A stretch of DNA of 63,382 bases, filler included, from Octopus bimaculoides (lineage: Eukaryota): NCBI RefSeq assembly GCF_001194135.2. It is 4 parts of 4 records of this genome, joined end to end, with 100 filler letters (N's around TTAATTAATTAA, not from the genome) between each part and the next. Parts side by side here need not be neighbours in the genome. Positions count along the whole stretch, not along the records: positions 1 to 28,969 come from NC_068985.1; positions 29,070 to 39,877 come from NC_068995.1; 2 more parts are not named here. The stretch is one strand, 5' to 3'. The notes under the pieces were generated by a model. That model saw only the letters and a list, made by a program, of their open reading frames with translations. It was not told the DNA's origin and did no database searches. Shown piece by piece: positions 1 through 34,590 of this stretch (position 1 is its first letter; the number at the start of each line of letters is the position of its first letter). The position numbers and the translations under genes were made by a program.

Positions 1-107
1 ATATATATATATATATAATACCTTCGATGAGATACAAAATTGTAATATAATATACGGTTTACTAACTGAAAAAATATTCTAGACAGATATTGTTGGTTTC
101 TTTTTAG

Positions 108-21314
<21,207 letters not shown>

Positions 21315-21350
21315 CTAACAATGTTTCTGAGTTCTTATTTTCTACTAATG

Positions 21351-21356
21351 AATAAA
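21351..21356 (+). promoter_or_regulatory. Polyadenylation signal AATAAA of the SRCR gene
   Basis: AATAAA shortly after the predicted stop, followed by T/GT-rich sequence. Confidence 0.55.
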
Positions 21357-22266
21357 ACTATTTATGTTTAATTATCCCATCGTGCATTGTGCATTTGTTT
21401 TGTTTGTTATTGATAACGTCTACGGAGAACAGAAAAAAAAAAAAAAGTAATTACATACATATGTGTGTCAAGCCGATAATTAATAAGTGCACGTCAGCAA
21501 ATAATTTGTTTGCTGATTTCTATGAACAAGAACCAAAATTCTCGCTTTGATCCGGGGTACCTTCGACCTCGAAGATATGCATGTGCCTAGACATAGATAC
21601 ATTCTTATGAAACATGTACAAGCACATTGGTTAAAACCCATACACATGTACAAACTTATACCCTCTTAGAATATACGCATATATATATATATACACATTG
21701 TAATATTCATATAAACACACTCCCACGCAAAGCGATTTTCGAAGTCCTCTTGTCTCAATAAATCGAAGGTGTTGTGAACACGCATTATCTAGAAAGTGTC
21801 GTCCGTAAACAAAATACAACAGCGGTTGGCATGTTCGTGTTTGATTCTGTCGGAACGTATTAGGAATAGACATGAAAATCATAGTCATCATTAAAATTTT
21901 TATTACCTGCAGCCATTACCAACGATCATTCTAGTTGTCATACGTTTCAAAGGTTGGATCTGTGATTTGATGTGTGTAGGTATTTGTATGTCAGGCAATG
22001 AATATGTTTATGCGTGCGTGTGGACGTGTGTGTGTGTGTATACCAGCAGTTATTACCGACAATCATTCTAGCAATCTTCTTTCATTTTCTAATCATTAGA
22101 GTGCGGCCATGCTGGGGCATCGTTTTGAAGAATTTTTAGTCGAATGAATCGACCCCAGTATTTCTATCTTATTCTAACGGAGTTGTTGTCGAACCGCTAA
22201 GTTACAAGGTCGAAAACACACCAACACTGGATGTTAAGCGGTAGCAGTGGACAAACACACACACTC

Positions 22267-22315
<49 letters not shown>

Positions 22316-22414
22316 NNNNNNNNNNNNNNNNNNNNNNNNNNNNNNNNNNNNNNNNNNNNNNNNNNNNNNNNNNNNNNNNNNNNNNNNNNNNNNNNNNNNN
22401 NNNNNNNNNNNNNN

Positions 22415-22449
<35 letters not shown>

Positions 22450-23769
22450 TACTTAAAGGTCACAATACATGTATAAAAGCGCTACTAATAGTTTCATATG
22501 TAGAGAAAATTCAAACATATTCTTTAGGCACAAACCACATATCACAACGAACTAAAGAAATTGAATAATAGAAGAAACGCGAAAAAACTGAGAAAGCACC
22601 ATATAGGAAACGCAGAAAGTAAACAGCGGAAAACGGAAAACAAAAACACAAGACCTAAAATGTAAAAAATAAAAAAAGGAAAAAGGCAAAATAGCTATCT
22701 TCCTTAGACCTTAAATGAGAAGGCTGAAAAGATATCTAGTCAGTCAGGAATAGGTGGAATTTTCGAATTCTTCAAAATATATTTATACATATGCGAGCAA
22801 CCACTGAAAATCTTTCTTTCTATTATCCTCTCTAAGTATACTAAATATGGAAATAATATCAAAAGCCAAATCAGAATGACGAAATCCAGGATTAAATCAA
22901 AGATCTTTAGGTCAGTCAAATGCGTTTTCAACTGGGCTGTTTATCAGCGGATGACCTCATAACTTTAAGAATGTATACTTTCTATCATCCAGTAAAATAA
23001 GAATATTTTGCTAACTTATATCAAATGAAATGCATAAGATTGTGGATAGAGCAAGAGGACATTCCTAATTAAAAAGTAATTCAAAGATACTTGGTATTAA
23101 TATTGTAATTAAGTACTGCCTCGTGTTTTAGGATTGATAGGACCGGTTATTCTATTCCATAGAGTATAAGTGGCTAAGATTAAATTTCCCCAGAAATGGG
23201 CACCAGTTCGTTGCAAGGTTACCCATTTATAGCAGAGTGAACTGATGGAACATGAAATGAAGTGTTTTGTTTAAGAGCACAACGCGTCACCCGGTCCGGG
23301 AATCGAAACCACGATCTTTCGATCGAGACTACATCCTAACCATCAGAATATGTAGCCTCATATACTGATGCTATAGCTGGTTTAATTATTCTTTCTCTCA
23401 CACCACAACTTGTACTTTAGAATAAGTGTTCTTGTTATTTTGCATCTTCCTGCAATTAAAAAATGTCGCTTTCTGAAATACATACCTCTTCCCTACTTTG
23501 AAAGGAGGTATTTCCGAATAATTCTTATTGAATGAAGTAAACAGATTATCTGAGCTGCACCCGCTCCCAGACTAAGATCTAAATTTCTGAGGTTTGTTCT
23601 CAAATACTTTCTTACATTTCCTAACGTTTCAACGATAATTGGCAATATAATAACAAGGCTAACTTCTTAAATGCCCTTTGTTCTTTTACCTGACCCTGGT
23701 ATCAAATAGGTGTATCACAATAATAACTAAACGTAGTTCCTTCTTATCATCGAGTTAGGAGAATATAAC

Positions 23770-24720
23770 TCAAGGATTTGACTCATGGACAAAACGTTGC
23801 ATGCAAGAAGAAAGAATTAGGTGTGGACAGCCTTGATGACAACCAACTAGAGATCCTTGAAAAACTGGGGCAAGACCTAAAAGAACAAGAGACCGTAGCG
23901 TCACGTAATTTAACAACATTGGATCGAACCAAGTATCAAAGTTTAAGAAAGAATATTAAATGTACACAGTGTGATTAATAAGTTTTTCTGTGAAAATATT
24001 AAAGATACCAACACATTGGTATCAGTGGGTGATAATGTAAATCCAGACATGTTATGGGAAAAGAAAGAACAAAAGGAGGATCAGTAGATGCCTTGGTGAA
24101 AAAGGCGAATACTAATAAAGATAAGTGGTCCTTGGAAACGAAATTAGGGTAAATTAAAGAAAGAAGACAGAAGTGGAACGGAGGAAATATATCAGTAAGA
24201 TAAATGGAAAAAATAAGTACTAAGATTCAAGAACTAAAATAGACAGCAAATGCAAAATCTGCTAAAACCAGAAAATCGAAGAAGGGAATCACAAATAGAA
24301 ACAAAAGTGCACTTCTCACTCAAACTAAAAGCTGTATTATTACATATGAGTGAATTTGAAGAAAACCGGTTGTTTGGTGAAGAAATTTGTGAAAAAAAAA
24401 TACAAAGTACATTAATAAAATATTGTGGATAAAGAAAGTAAAAAATTGTGTTGAAAACGTTGAGGCGCCAAAAGTTATCATCACAGAAAGAAATATTTGA
24501 AAGCAATTACAAAAGATAGCAAAGCGGGGAACTGCTGGACCGGATCAAAAACTCTACAAGTTTCCGTAGTGATACAACTAAGAGAGCGTGTGTCAAAGGT
24601 ACTGGTGTGTATTGCTGGAGTAAACAAAAGGGAGAAATTGGCTGACACTGAATGACAATATGAAAGGAAATTCTACTCGAAATAACCGATCTATTATATG
24701 CTTACAACAACTCAAAGACT
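23770..24720 (+). mobile_element. Decayed R4-like RLE retrotransposon, pre-RT and RT N-terminal region
   Basis: Remnants PW.KRRI, IQELK.TANAKSAK, TAGPDQ (cf. APGPD), KGNSTRNNRSIICL (cf. NYRPITCL), with many stops. Confidence 0.55.
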
Positions 24721-24836
24721 ATAGTTGCAGTTGCATAGCTACAGTGTGTGCTGCTCGGGGGAGCTCTTGAGTGCTCGAAATTGACAGACAAAAGTCCTCA
24801 GAATATTTCTTAGATGGGTTAATTAAACAATTTTTA

Positions 24837-25167
24837 ATTTCATGTTCTAGTTAACTAAACACGTAAATATTTCATGCTCTGGTTAACTAAACGTATTGAT
24901 CACGTGGATATTGCATGTTCTGGTTTAACTAAACATATAGATATTTCATGTTTTGGTTAATTAAATACGTAAATACTTCATTTTCTGGTCAACCAAACAT
25001 GTAAAACACGTAGATGTTTCATGTTCTGGTTAAATAAAAACGTAGATATTTCATGTTCTGGCTAACTAAATACATAGATATTTCATGTTCTGGTTAACTA
25101 AGCATGTAGATATTTCATTTTCTACTTTAATTTTTTAGTATTTCATGTTCTAGTTAACTAAACATGT
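24837..25167. repeat. 32-bp minisatellite, about 10 units (atttcatgttctggttaactaaacacgtagat)
   Basis: Units read directly; two units carry 9-bp internal insertions and one is degenerate. Confidence 0.9.
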
Positions 25168-26927
25168 TGTGCCGTTTATTTTATATGAATGTTTTGTAAC
25201 TTGCTTAAAGAAACACGTAGATAGTTTACGTTGGTATACTTTTATGGTGAAGAATCTTTATTTTTGTTTATGGTTCATATTTACTAAATTTACACTGGCA
25301 AGTGTAAAAGTAACTTTGCTGCTTACTTCGCTATATAAAGATATGGCAGGAGTAGCCACAAACATTCTTCTTATTGATTTAGAGTAAATGCTTTTTAAAG
25401 GCCATTGTATAATATTAGTCAATACAAGCCAAATCAATAGTCAATTCGATCTTTTTGAGATGATTAATATTAAGTTCCAGAAACTTTATCGAAATTCTAA
25501 TAAACGACATCCCATATAGATCGCACATAGATATTATTTCAAACAACACTAGGAGAAACAATTGATTTAGCGAGCATTCATAAAGCTCACACTCTCATCT
25601 GAAACATGCGTCTTGACGTGAAATATGTTGATCTGGAGAAATTTACTGCCAGATCAATTTTGTAAACAAAGTAATATCTGCTAAATCTTTTGATGTGAAA
25701 AATATTTCTAAAAAAATAGTAATGCTGGTAATTAATTAGAATAAAGACGTTTGATTTATGGGTTGTTCACTTTATTAACGTTTGTTATCAAGTGAATATT
25801 GACTGAGCAATAACTGAAAATAGTAGGACAAATGATGGAGTCATTCATATACGCAACACTTTTTTTTTATACCAGTAAACTATGTTTCCTTTTGATATCA
25901 AGTGTGCACCTGTAATTTTTCAGAACTTAATGGCTACACTTTTCTCTGCTGTCACTTCTATGGCTGTACATGGACGACGTCATTATTTTAGTTATAACGG
26001 TGGCGAAATCTGATTATAATAAGTTCAATAGAGAATAAGAACATTGTTTTCTTTTCTGCATATTTAGTTTTTGTTCATAGGGAATGATCGTTATTTTGGA
26101 TACACTAGTTTTACTGATAAAGATGTACACATCCTCGAACAATGTACGCTGTGTTTATATATATATGGGGCTAAAAGCAACAGTAACATCCACCCTTAGG
26201 GGTCAGCCACATTTAAATGGCAAATATACTTCACTTTATCGAGCAGTTACTGTTAACACCTCGTTCAGAGATTTAACATTGCTTGTTTTCACTTTTTCGA
26301 TATCAGTGAATAACTTCACTGGAAAAAGACTTATATANNNNNNNNNNNNNNNNNNNNNNNNNNNNNNNNNNNNNNNNNNNNNNNNNNNNNNNNNNNNNNN
26401 NNNNNNNNNNNNNNNNNNNNNNNNNNNNNNNNNNNNNNNNNNNNNNNNNNNNNNNNNNNNNNNNNNNNNNNNNNNNNNNNNNNNNNNNNNNNNNNNNNNN
26501 NNNNNNNNNNNNNNNNNNNNNNNNNNNNNNNNNNNNNNNNNNNNNNNNNNNNNNNNNNNNNNNNNNNNNNNNNNNNNNNNNNNNNNNNNNNNNNNNNNNN
26601 NNNNNNNNNNNNNNNNNNNNNNNNNNNNNTATACCTATGTATGTATTTATATTTGTATATATAGTAATAATAATAATAATCTTTGGATGGGATTTATAAA
26701 TAATTCAATGCATTGCTACGCACGTTTCCACATATCACATGTTTCTTAAGATCATAGTCTGCATTCCTGAAATGATTACAGTACAGTCCGTAGTATTCAT
26801 GAACATTGGGTAGATCATGTTCATGAAGTCATTTCTTCTGGCGATATGGCATTAACGTATATATATGTGTGTGTGTATGTGTGTGTGTGTGTGTGTGTGC
26901 GTGTGTGTGTGTGTGTGNNNNNNNNNN

Positions 26928-26965
<38 letters not shown>

Positions 26966-27782
26966 CGTCTGAATGTTTGTATATATATATATATGTGTTT
27001 GTATACATACACGTATACATATATGTGTGTATATGTGTGTGTGTTTATGTATGTGTATGCATTAATGCATGTATGTATGTAGGTAGGTAGGTAGGTATTC
27101 ACGCACACACACACACACACACACATACATATATGGATTCAATTCGGATTTGTTTTTCGTTTTTTATCTGAATGTTTAATTATCTAAAGTGGGCTGTTAT
27201 CAATAAAATTTCAATGTGTAGGTGGGGTGTTAACCTTATTTTTGAGAAGAAAGATTAGTTACAATATTTACATCTAAAATACGTCTCAATCGTATTACAT
27301 AGGATTTTGCTTTTAGGCAATCCCAATACGTTATGAACACCTAAATCGTGAAGTCAGTTAACTAATAACATGAAATTAGTTACGTGATAGTAAGAATTCG
27401 AATAAAGTAGCCCCGGAAAGGGCGTTAATGCGTTTCTAGAGTATATAGAATTTAGGAGGAAATAACAATAAGGTATGTATACCAAAATCGGGAAGCATGT
27501 TACGTAAAAACAGGCTAATCAGATATGAAATAATAACAATTCAAAGTAAATAGCTCTGAAAAGGGCTTTTGTGCGTTCCCAGAAATTATAACCCTTAGGG
27601 GTACAATTGTTGAAATAGGTTTACAACGAGTGTAGAAGCAGACTGACATTTAGTTTTACAATAGACATACAAATAAATTTGGATATAGATTTAAAAATTA
27701 AATAACATGTAGATTATCAATACATTTACAACACTTACACATATTACAGTTAAATAATAAATACCTAATGATTTGGTGAATC

Positions 27783-28969
27783 TTAAGTTTGCGGAGCTTC
27801 TTGATAAACAACATTTTTGGTCTTTCCTTGTGGGGCATAAATAAACAAATGATTAGGATTGCCGACTCTTGAGCATCCCACATAAAGATGGCCATGGGAG
27901 AAAACTGGTTCCGCAAGGTTCAGACCAACCACATCCAAGGACTGCCCCTGGGCTCATTGCAAAGCTCAGTTTCAACGGGAATTGCAGGCGCTTGTACTGG
28001 AAAGGCATATCCGGGGGAATAAGTGAAATTCTATGAATGAATACAAGCTCACCGCTTGCTTTACCTGTCAAAATTGTTGTCTCCGAGACTGTTAGCATCA
28101 TCTTCTTTATTATAAGTCGTGTGCTATTGCAAGGCTTTGATGGATCGAGGTTTCGAAGTAGCATAATTGGTGCCCCAATCTTGAGGTGGTGCAAGTTGTG
28201 AGGTGGTAGGCCGGGTGGTGTTAGACTATACAAGAATTCAACTGGATAATTCGCAGCTTCATCGATGTTGAGTGCAGTGTCAATAGAATTGTAGATGTGA
28301 CTCTCACCTGGCAACTGTTCCAGAAGTTTAATGTTCTAATCTTCAACTGCCACATTCTTTGGAGCTAAAATGGCATAGGTTTTCAGCCAGTTGTGGTCTG
28401 TAAACGGATTCCTCAAGTTAGGAAACGCCTTATTCATTAGCTCCTTTAAATCAGATACCATAGGTCCAAAAGGCAAACTTACTCGGCCATCCTTCTCGAC
28501 AACCCAAATGCCATCATCGACGTCCAACTGTTGCTTTGAAAAGGTTTTGTGTGCATCATCAGAACTGAACTGCACTCTCATGTTGATTGTGAGTCTCAGA
28601 TTTTGCACACTGTTCCATAGGTAGGACGACTTTATGCTGGCATTTACCCCATCAGCTCTTATCCCCTTTGAAACTACGGGAAGGGTTTATCTAAAGTATC
28701 CTGCAAGCAAGACTGTGGAGCCTCCCATGAGCCTAGTGTTGTATCTCAGATCCTGAAGGGCCATGTCAAGAGCTCCAAATGAAACCTTATGGCTCATTGT
28801 CGCCTTATCCCAGATGATCAACCTATATTCCAGAAGTTTGCCTTTTAAGGACCACGAATGATGTTGCAGTTTGCTTTCTCTTTTTCGGACAGGTCCAAAG
28901 GGAGTTTGAAACAGGAATGTGCTGTGCGGCTACCACTTAGTAGAGCTGCAGCAATTCCACTTAACGCCA
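27783..28969 (-). pseudogene. Helitron RepHel C-terminal PIF1-family helicase remnant
   Basis: SGIAAALLSGSRTAHSCFKLP, LIIWDKATMSHK, GGSTVLLAG.FR.TLPVV, LTINMRV, YPVEFLYSLTPPGLPPH, LLRNL, RLQFPLKLSFAM, GQSL, FSHGHLYVGCSRVG; frameshifted; runs into a gap. Confidence 0.92.
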
Positions 28970-29723
28970 NNNNNNNNNNNNNNNNNNNNNNNNNNNNNNN
29001 NNNNNNNNNNNNNTTAATTAATTAANNNNNNNNNNNNNNNNNNNNNNNNNNNNNNNNNNNNNNNNNNNNATATATATATATATATATATACATTCCAGAT
29101 GTAGAAGAATCAATAATAAAAATGTCTTTGCTGAATGAGACCAAGCAAGGAGAGAAGATTCCTAACATCAAAAATTCCTAAGCTTCTGTCTGTGAAGAGA
29201 AAGGGATGCTGCCGTTTGGTCACTCGACCTGCTAGAAAAACGCACCTTAGCATCTTAAAAACAAAAATAATCCCGTTGGGTACTATAGTTCAAGATACAC
29301 TGTGTCATTGGAAAATATATATTTGACGTGTATGTTCATATATTGAAAGTGCATGGCGTAGTGGTTAACACGTTACATCCTTGCTCGCAAGATCTTGGTT
29401 TCGATCCCGGAACCGGGGGATGCGTCATCTCCTTTCATTTCACGTTGATCCAGTCCCCTAAGCTGTGGATGAGTAACTTTGTAACGCTTGAATTTTTCTA
29501 CATATGTTTCGACGGATGCACACCAAAATGTCCGACAGGATAAATTATGGTCAGCAATGCATCAATCTCATCAAGAAGGTTATAAATAACAAACTAATCA
29601 AACAGACATGTTAACGGAAATAGAGAGTCCCATAAAATGTAACGAACTTATATTCAAATACACACACGCGGATACACTTGAATATGTTAACATTCTCCTA
29701 GACTTTTCCTTTAAATTGTAAAT

Positions 29724-29786
<63 letters not shown>

Positions 29787-30369
29787 NNNNNNNNNNNNNN
29801 NNNNNNNNNNNNNNNNNNNNNNNNNNNNNNNNNNNNNNNNNNNNNNNNNNNNNNNNNNNNNNNNNNNNNNNNNNNNNNNNNNNNNNNNNNNNNNNNNNNN
29901 NNNNNNNNNNNNNNNNNNNNNNNNNNNNNNNNNNNNNNNNNNNNNNNNNNNNNNNNNNNNNNNNNNNNNNNNNNNNNNNNNNNNNNNNNNNNNNNNNNNN
30001 NNNNNNNNNNNNNNNNNNNNNNNNNNNNNNNNNNNNNNNNNNNNNNNNNNNNNNNNNNNNNNNNNNNNNNNNNNNNNNNNNNNNNNNNNNNNNNNNNNNN
30101 NNNNNNNNNNNNNNNNNNNNNNNNNNNNNNNNNNNNNNNNNNNNNNNNNNNNNNNNNNNNNNNNNNNNNNNNNNNNNNNNNNNNNNNNNNNNNNNNNNNN
30201 NNNNNNNNNNNNNNNNNNNNNNNNNNNNNNNNNNNNNNNNNNNNNNNNNNNNNNNNNNNNNNNNNNNNNNNNNNNNNNNNNNNNNNNNNNNNNNNNNNNN
30301 NNNNNNNNNNNNNNNNNNNNNNNNNNNNNNNNNNNNNNNNNNNNNNNNNNNATGTGTATGTATATGTTT

Positions 30370-30595
30370 GTGTGTCTGTGTTTGTCCCTCCAGCATCGCT
30401 TGACAACCGATGGGTGGTGTGTTTACGTCCCCGTAACTTAGCGGTTCGGCAAAAGAACCGATAGAATAAGTACTAGGCTTCCAAAGAATAAGTCCTGGGG
30501 TCGATTTGCTCGACTAGATGGCGGTGCTCCAGCATGGCCGCAGTCAAATGACTGAAACAAGTAAAAGAGTAAAAGAGTAAAAGAGTAAAAGAGTG
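30370..30595 (+). mobile_element. 3' half of composite SINE (after microsatellite/gap)
   Basis: gcttgacaaccga...ccccgtaacttagcggttcggcaaaag...ggcggtgctccagcatggccgcagtcaaatgactgaaacaag(TAAAAGAG)n; matches 1165-1368. Confidence 0.85.
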
Positions 30596-31163
30596 TTTGG
30601 ATGGTCACAGAGGGACTGTCTTTGTTTACACGTTTGTTAGATCAATACAAATCTAGAGTTAAATTGTAACAACAACAAGAACTAGATCTAGCTGTAACTA
30701 TAACTAAAGTTGCAATTTTAAGTTGAGCTAAAATAATAAAAGGAGAATATAAGAATAAACAAATGATAGAATAAGAGAATATACAAATATTTGAGAGTAA
30801 GAGAATAAATTAATCTAAGGGAACTAATTGAAACCTTTAACTATATGTAAACAAACGGCAGCGATATTGCACTGTGTCATCATCAATCATTTAGGTCGGA
30901 TTTTTCGCCCACTTCCGCGCTTAATCACCAAATAAATGATCGTGGGAAATTGGACCCAGCTGAAAAACTATTGCTTGTACGCCGAGAACACTTGAACGAA
31001 ATCCACCATGCGATGATACGATGATTTGACATAAGCAACAGAAGATTCTCTACTCATTAACTTCCGCCTCGAGAAACGCAGGTAAAAATATTATTGGACG
31101 ACAGCAATGCAAACACCAAGCCGTACTGGTTTACATGTAATTAATTAATTTGCTATATATATA

Positions 31164-31217
<54 letters not shown>

Positions 31218-31536
31218 NNNNNNNNNNNNNNNNNNNNNNNNNNNNNNNNNNNNNNNNNNNNNNNNNNNNNNNNNNNNNNNNNNNNNNNNNNNNNNNNNNN
31301 NNNNNNNNNNNNNNNNNNNNNNNNNNNNNNNNNNNNNNNNNNNNNNNNNNNNNNNNNNNNNNNNNNNNNNNNNNNNNNNNNNNNNNNNNNNNNNNNNNNN
31401 NNNNNNNNNNNNNNNNNNNNNNNNNNNNNNNNNNNNNNNNNNNNNNNNNNNNNNNNNNNNNNNNNNNNNNNNNNNNNNNNNNNNNNNNNNNNNNNNNNNN
31501 NNNNNNNNNNNNNNNNNNNNNNNNNNNNNNNNNNNN

Positions 31537-31586
<50 letters not shown>

Positions 31587-32147
31587 AAGGAGAGGGAACT
31601 TAAGGACCGATTCCATATTCGCTCGTGCACAATTTTTATGTCTTCCACTTGCTGAACTATGCAGCAGAGAATATAACCAAATTTCTTCTTGTATGTACGC
31701 TCAACTTAACCGAATGTAGCGTGCAATATACACGCATGTGTGTATAATATGTATAAATAAATATATCTGTGTTTGTGTGAGTGTATGTGTATGTATATGC
31801 AAATGTAAATGTAGATAGATGGATAGATTGATACATACATACATACATACATACATACATACATACATACTTTCATACATACATACGTAAACTATATATA
31901 TTTATGTATAATGTAGATATTGTAGATTCATAAGTTCATAAATATATTAGAATCTTCCAAAGAGAAGGCAACAACTGCTGGCTTCGAAAATAGTAATATT
32001 TACACTCCTGCCTACCTGTTGCATATATTTATGAACCTGCCATGAATCTGATCCGTTATCATTCAGTGTATAAAAGCAAATCTTTATTTTAGACTAACCA
32101 ACCCAATCGTTGTCTATACATAGACACACACACACAATTTATTTATG

Positions 32148-32178
<31 letters not shown>

Positions 32179-32776
32179 AATAATACGAATATATGTGAGT
32201 ATATACGTACATGTATGTACATACCTACATCTACATGTATATATAAATGTATATCTGTGTACAGGACGTCACAAAAAAAACGTGGACAAAATGAAAAACA
32301 GAACATAAACAGGGCACAGAAAACGCACAGGCCACATAGAGAACATTTCCTTCACCAGATGCCACCATTCTAAAATACATATGAGTGTGTGTGTGCGCGT
32401 AGGTTTGGTGAAACATGAAAGTGAGAAGGAACTCAAATAATTCACTGATATAAACAGTAATCCACATTAATATAAATCATAACAAGATTCAACCTAATGA
32501 CATTGTTAACGTTGCAACATAATTTAAATTACGAACATGAATGAGACAGCAACTTGATTTAAAAATTCACTTTCATAGAGGTTTGAAACGTTTAGATTAT
32601 TTGACATTCACAAAACACCAACTTGAATCAAACGGCTGGTACTCATAAAACAGAAATTTTATTCGGTCGAAAAAAGATTCGCTCTTTGGCAATTTTGATG
32701 AAGAAGTGCAGTATAAATACTTAATTTTGTTGCTGGTGAGAATTTTAAAGTTGTGAGGTAGTAATATATATATATA

Positions 32777-33085
32777 TTAGGTTTCAGAGGACCTCAGCTC
32801 TTCAATGCCCTGCCAAAACATTTGAGAGACATGCAGGACATGGATGCGGAGGTCTTCAAGACAAAACTTGACGCTTTCCTCTTCACGATACCAGACGAAC
32901 CAATGGCTCGTAATGAGATGCAGTTTAGGGCAGCTATGTCAAATTCTCTTATATACCAGATGTGCCATCAAAACTCTTGATTGGACCATGTCAGGTGGGG
33001 GAGAAGAGCCATGCAAGGAACGTGAAAATCACGGTGGTGCACCAGCATGACCGCAGCCACTTGGCTGAAACACATAAATAAAAAA
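32777..33085 (+). mobile_element. 3' end of an APE-type LINE (CR1/L2 group), ORF2 C-terminus plus 3' UTR
   Basis: Open 32777-32980: LGFRGPQLFNALPKHLRDMQDMDAEVFKTKLDAFLFTIPDEP...RAAMSNSLIYQ, then UTR ending in a stem-loop and A-rich tail. Confidence 0.75.
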
Positions 33086-33757
33086 AACAAAATTAAAAAA
33101 AAATATATATANNNNNNNNNNNNNNNNNNNNNNNNNNNNNNNNNNNATATATATTAGATATGAAGAATGACTACCTTCACAAGGCCTACATTTTAGGCAA
33201 GAAATTTTCGTGGAAAGTGGTAAGGTGGCCTGGCATGGAATTTGACAAAGCTGTGAATTAGCCAAATTGGCTGTTCTTTAATTAAACGTAACGTAACCTT
33301 GACTGCAGCAAACATACGCTACTCTATTTCCCGTTGCCTTCCTTCCGGTATTTTTATAAGAAGCCATCTTCAGAGTGGATGAAAAAAAAAAGGCTTCCTT
33401 CTTTGTACTTTATTGAATCGACCCAGAAAAAGTGATGGGTAAAATTGACCTCCATTCGTTTGAACTTGTAACGCTGTGTGCGAGAATATATACTGTAAGG
33501 CATTCTTACCGGAGTTGATTTGACTCTGCTAACTCGCCGCCTACTTGCTATCAGGCTGCCCTAAATGTGTACAAATATATTAATAACGTGCATATCACAC
33601 TTAGGTGGAATCCGGTAACATAGGTTAACCTATTCAATATGAATGAGATAAGAAACCTTCACACATGAATCATACATGCTTTGAGAAAAGAAAAAAAATA
33701 TTATCACAACGTGTTATCTACGTATTATCTTCCATACAATACTAGAAGTCTAGAACT

Positions 33758-33801
<44 letters not shown>

Positions 33802-34556
33802 NNNNNNNNNNNNNNNNNNNNNNNNNNNNNNNNNNNNNNNNNNNNNNNNNNNNNNNNNNNNNNNNNNNNNNNNNNNNNNNNNNNNNNNNNNNNNNNNNNN
33901 NNNNNNNNNNNNNNNNNNNNNNNNNNNNNNNNNNNNNNNNNNNNNNNNNNNNNNNNNNNNNNNNNNNNNNNNNNNNNNNNNNNNNNNNNNNNNNNNNNNN
34001 NNNNNNNNNNNNNNNNNNNNNNNNNNNNNNNNNNNNNNNNNNNNNNNNNNNNNNNNNNNNNNNNNNNNNNNNNNNNNNNNNNNNNNNNNNNNNNNNNNNN
34101 NNNNNNNNNNNNNNNNNNNNNNNNNNNNNNNNNNNNNNNNNNNNNNNNNNNNNNNNNNNNNNNNNNNNNNNNNNNNNNNNNNNNNNNNNNNNNNNNNNNN
34201 NNNNNNNNNNNNNNNNNNNNNNNNNNNNNNNNNNNNNNNNNNNNNNNNNNNNNNNNNNNNNNNNNNNNNNNNNNNNNNNNNNNNNNNNNNNNNNNNNNNN
34301 NNNNNNNNNNNNNNNNNNNNNNNNNNNNNNNNNNNNNNNNNNNNNNNNNNNNNNNNNNNNNNNNNNNNNNNNNNNNNNNNNNNNNNNNNNNNNNNNNNNN
34401 NNNNNNNNNNNNNNNNNNNNNNNNNNNNNNNNNNNNNNNNNNNNNNNNNNNNNNNNNNNNNNNNNNNNNNNNNNNNNNNNNNNNNNNNNNNNNNNNNNNN
34501 NNNNNNNNNNNNNNNNNNNNNNNNNNNNNNNNNNNNNNNNNNNNNNNNNNNNNNNN

Positions 34557-34590
<34 letters not shown>

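Noticed and set aside
24837-25167. 32-bp repeats as a CRISPR array
   Set aside because: The units are contiguous with no unique spacers, there are no cas genes, and the context is eukaryotic.
28970-29069. TTAATTAATTAA centred in N-runs, also at 39878-39977 and 45958-46057
   Set aside because: All three have the identical layout 44 N + 12 nt + 44 N = 100 bp. This is an assembler gap linker with stops in all six frames, not biology. Distances across these gaps are unreliable.
32255-32370. Minus-strand CTGGTGAAGG in a repeat-like segment
   Set aside because: No GAAAC or helix II follows; at most a decayed repeat end.
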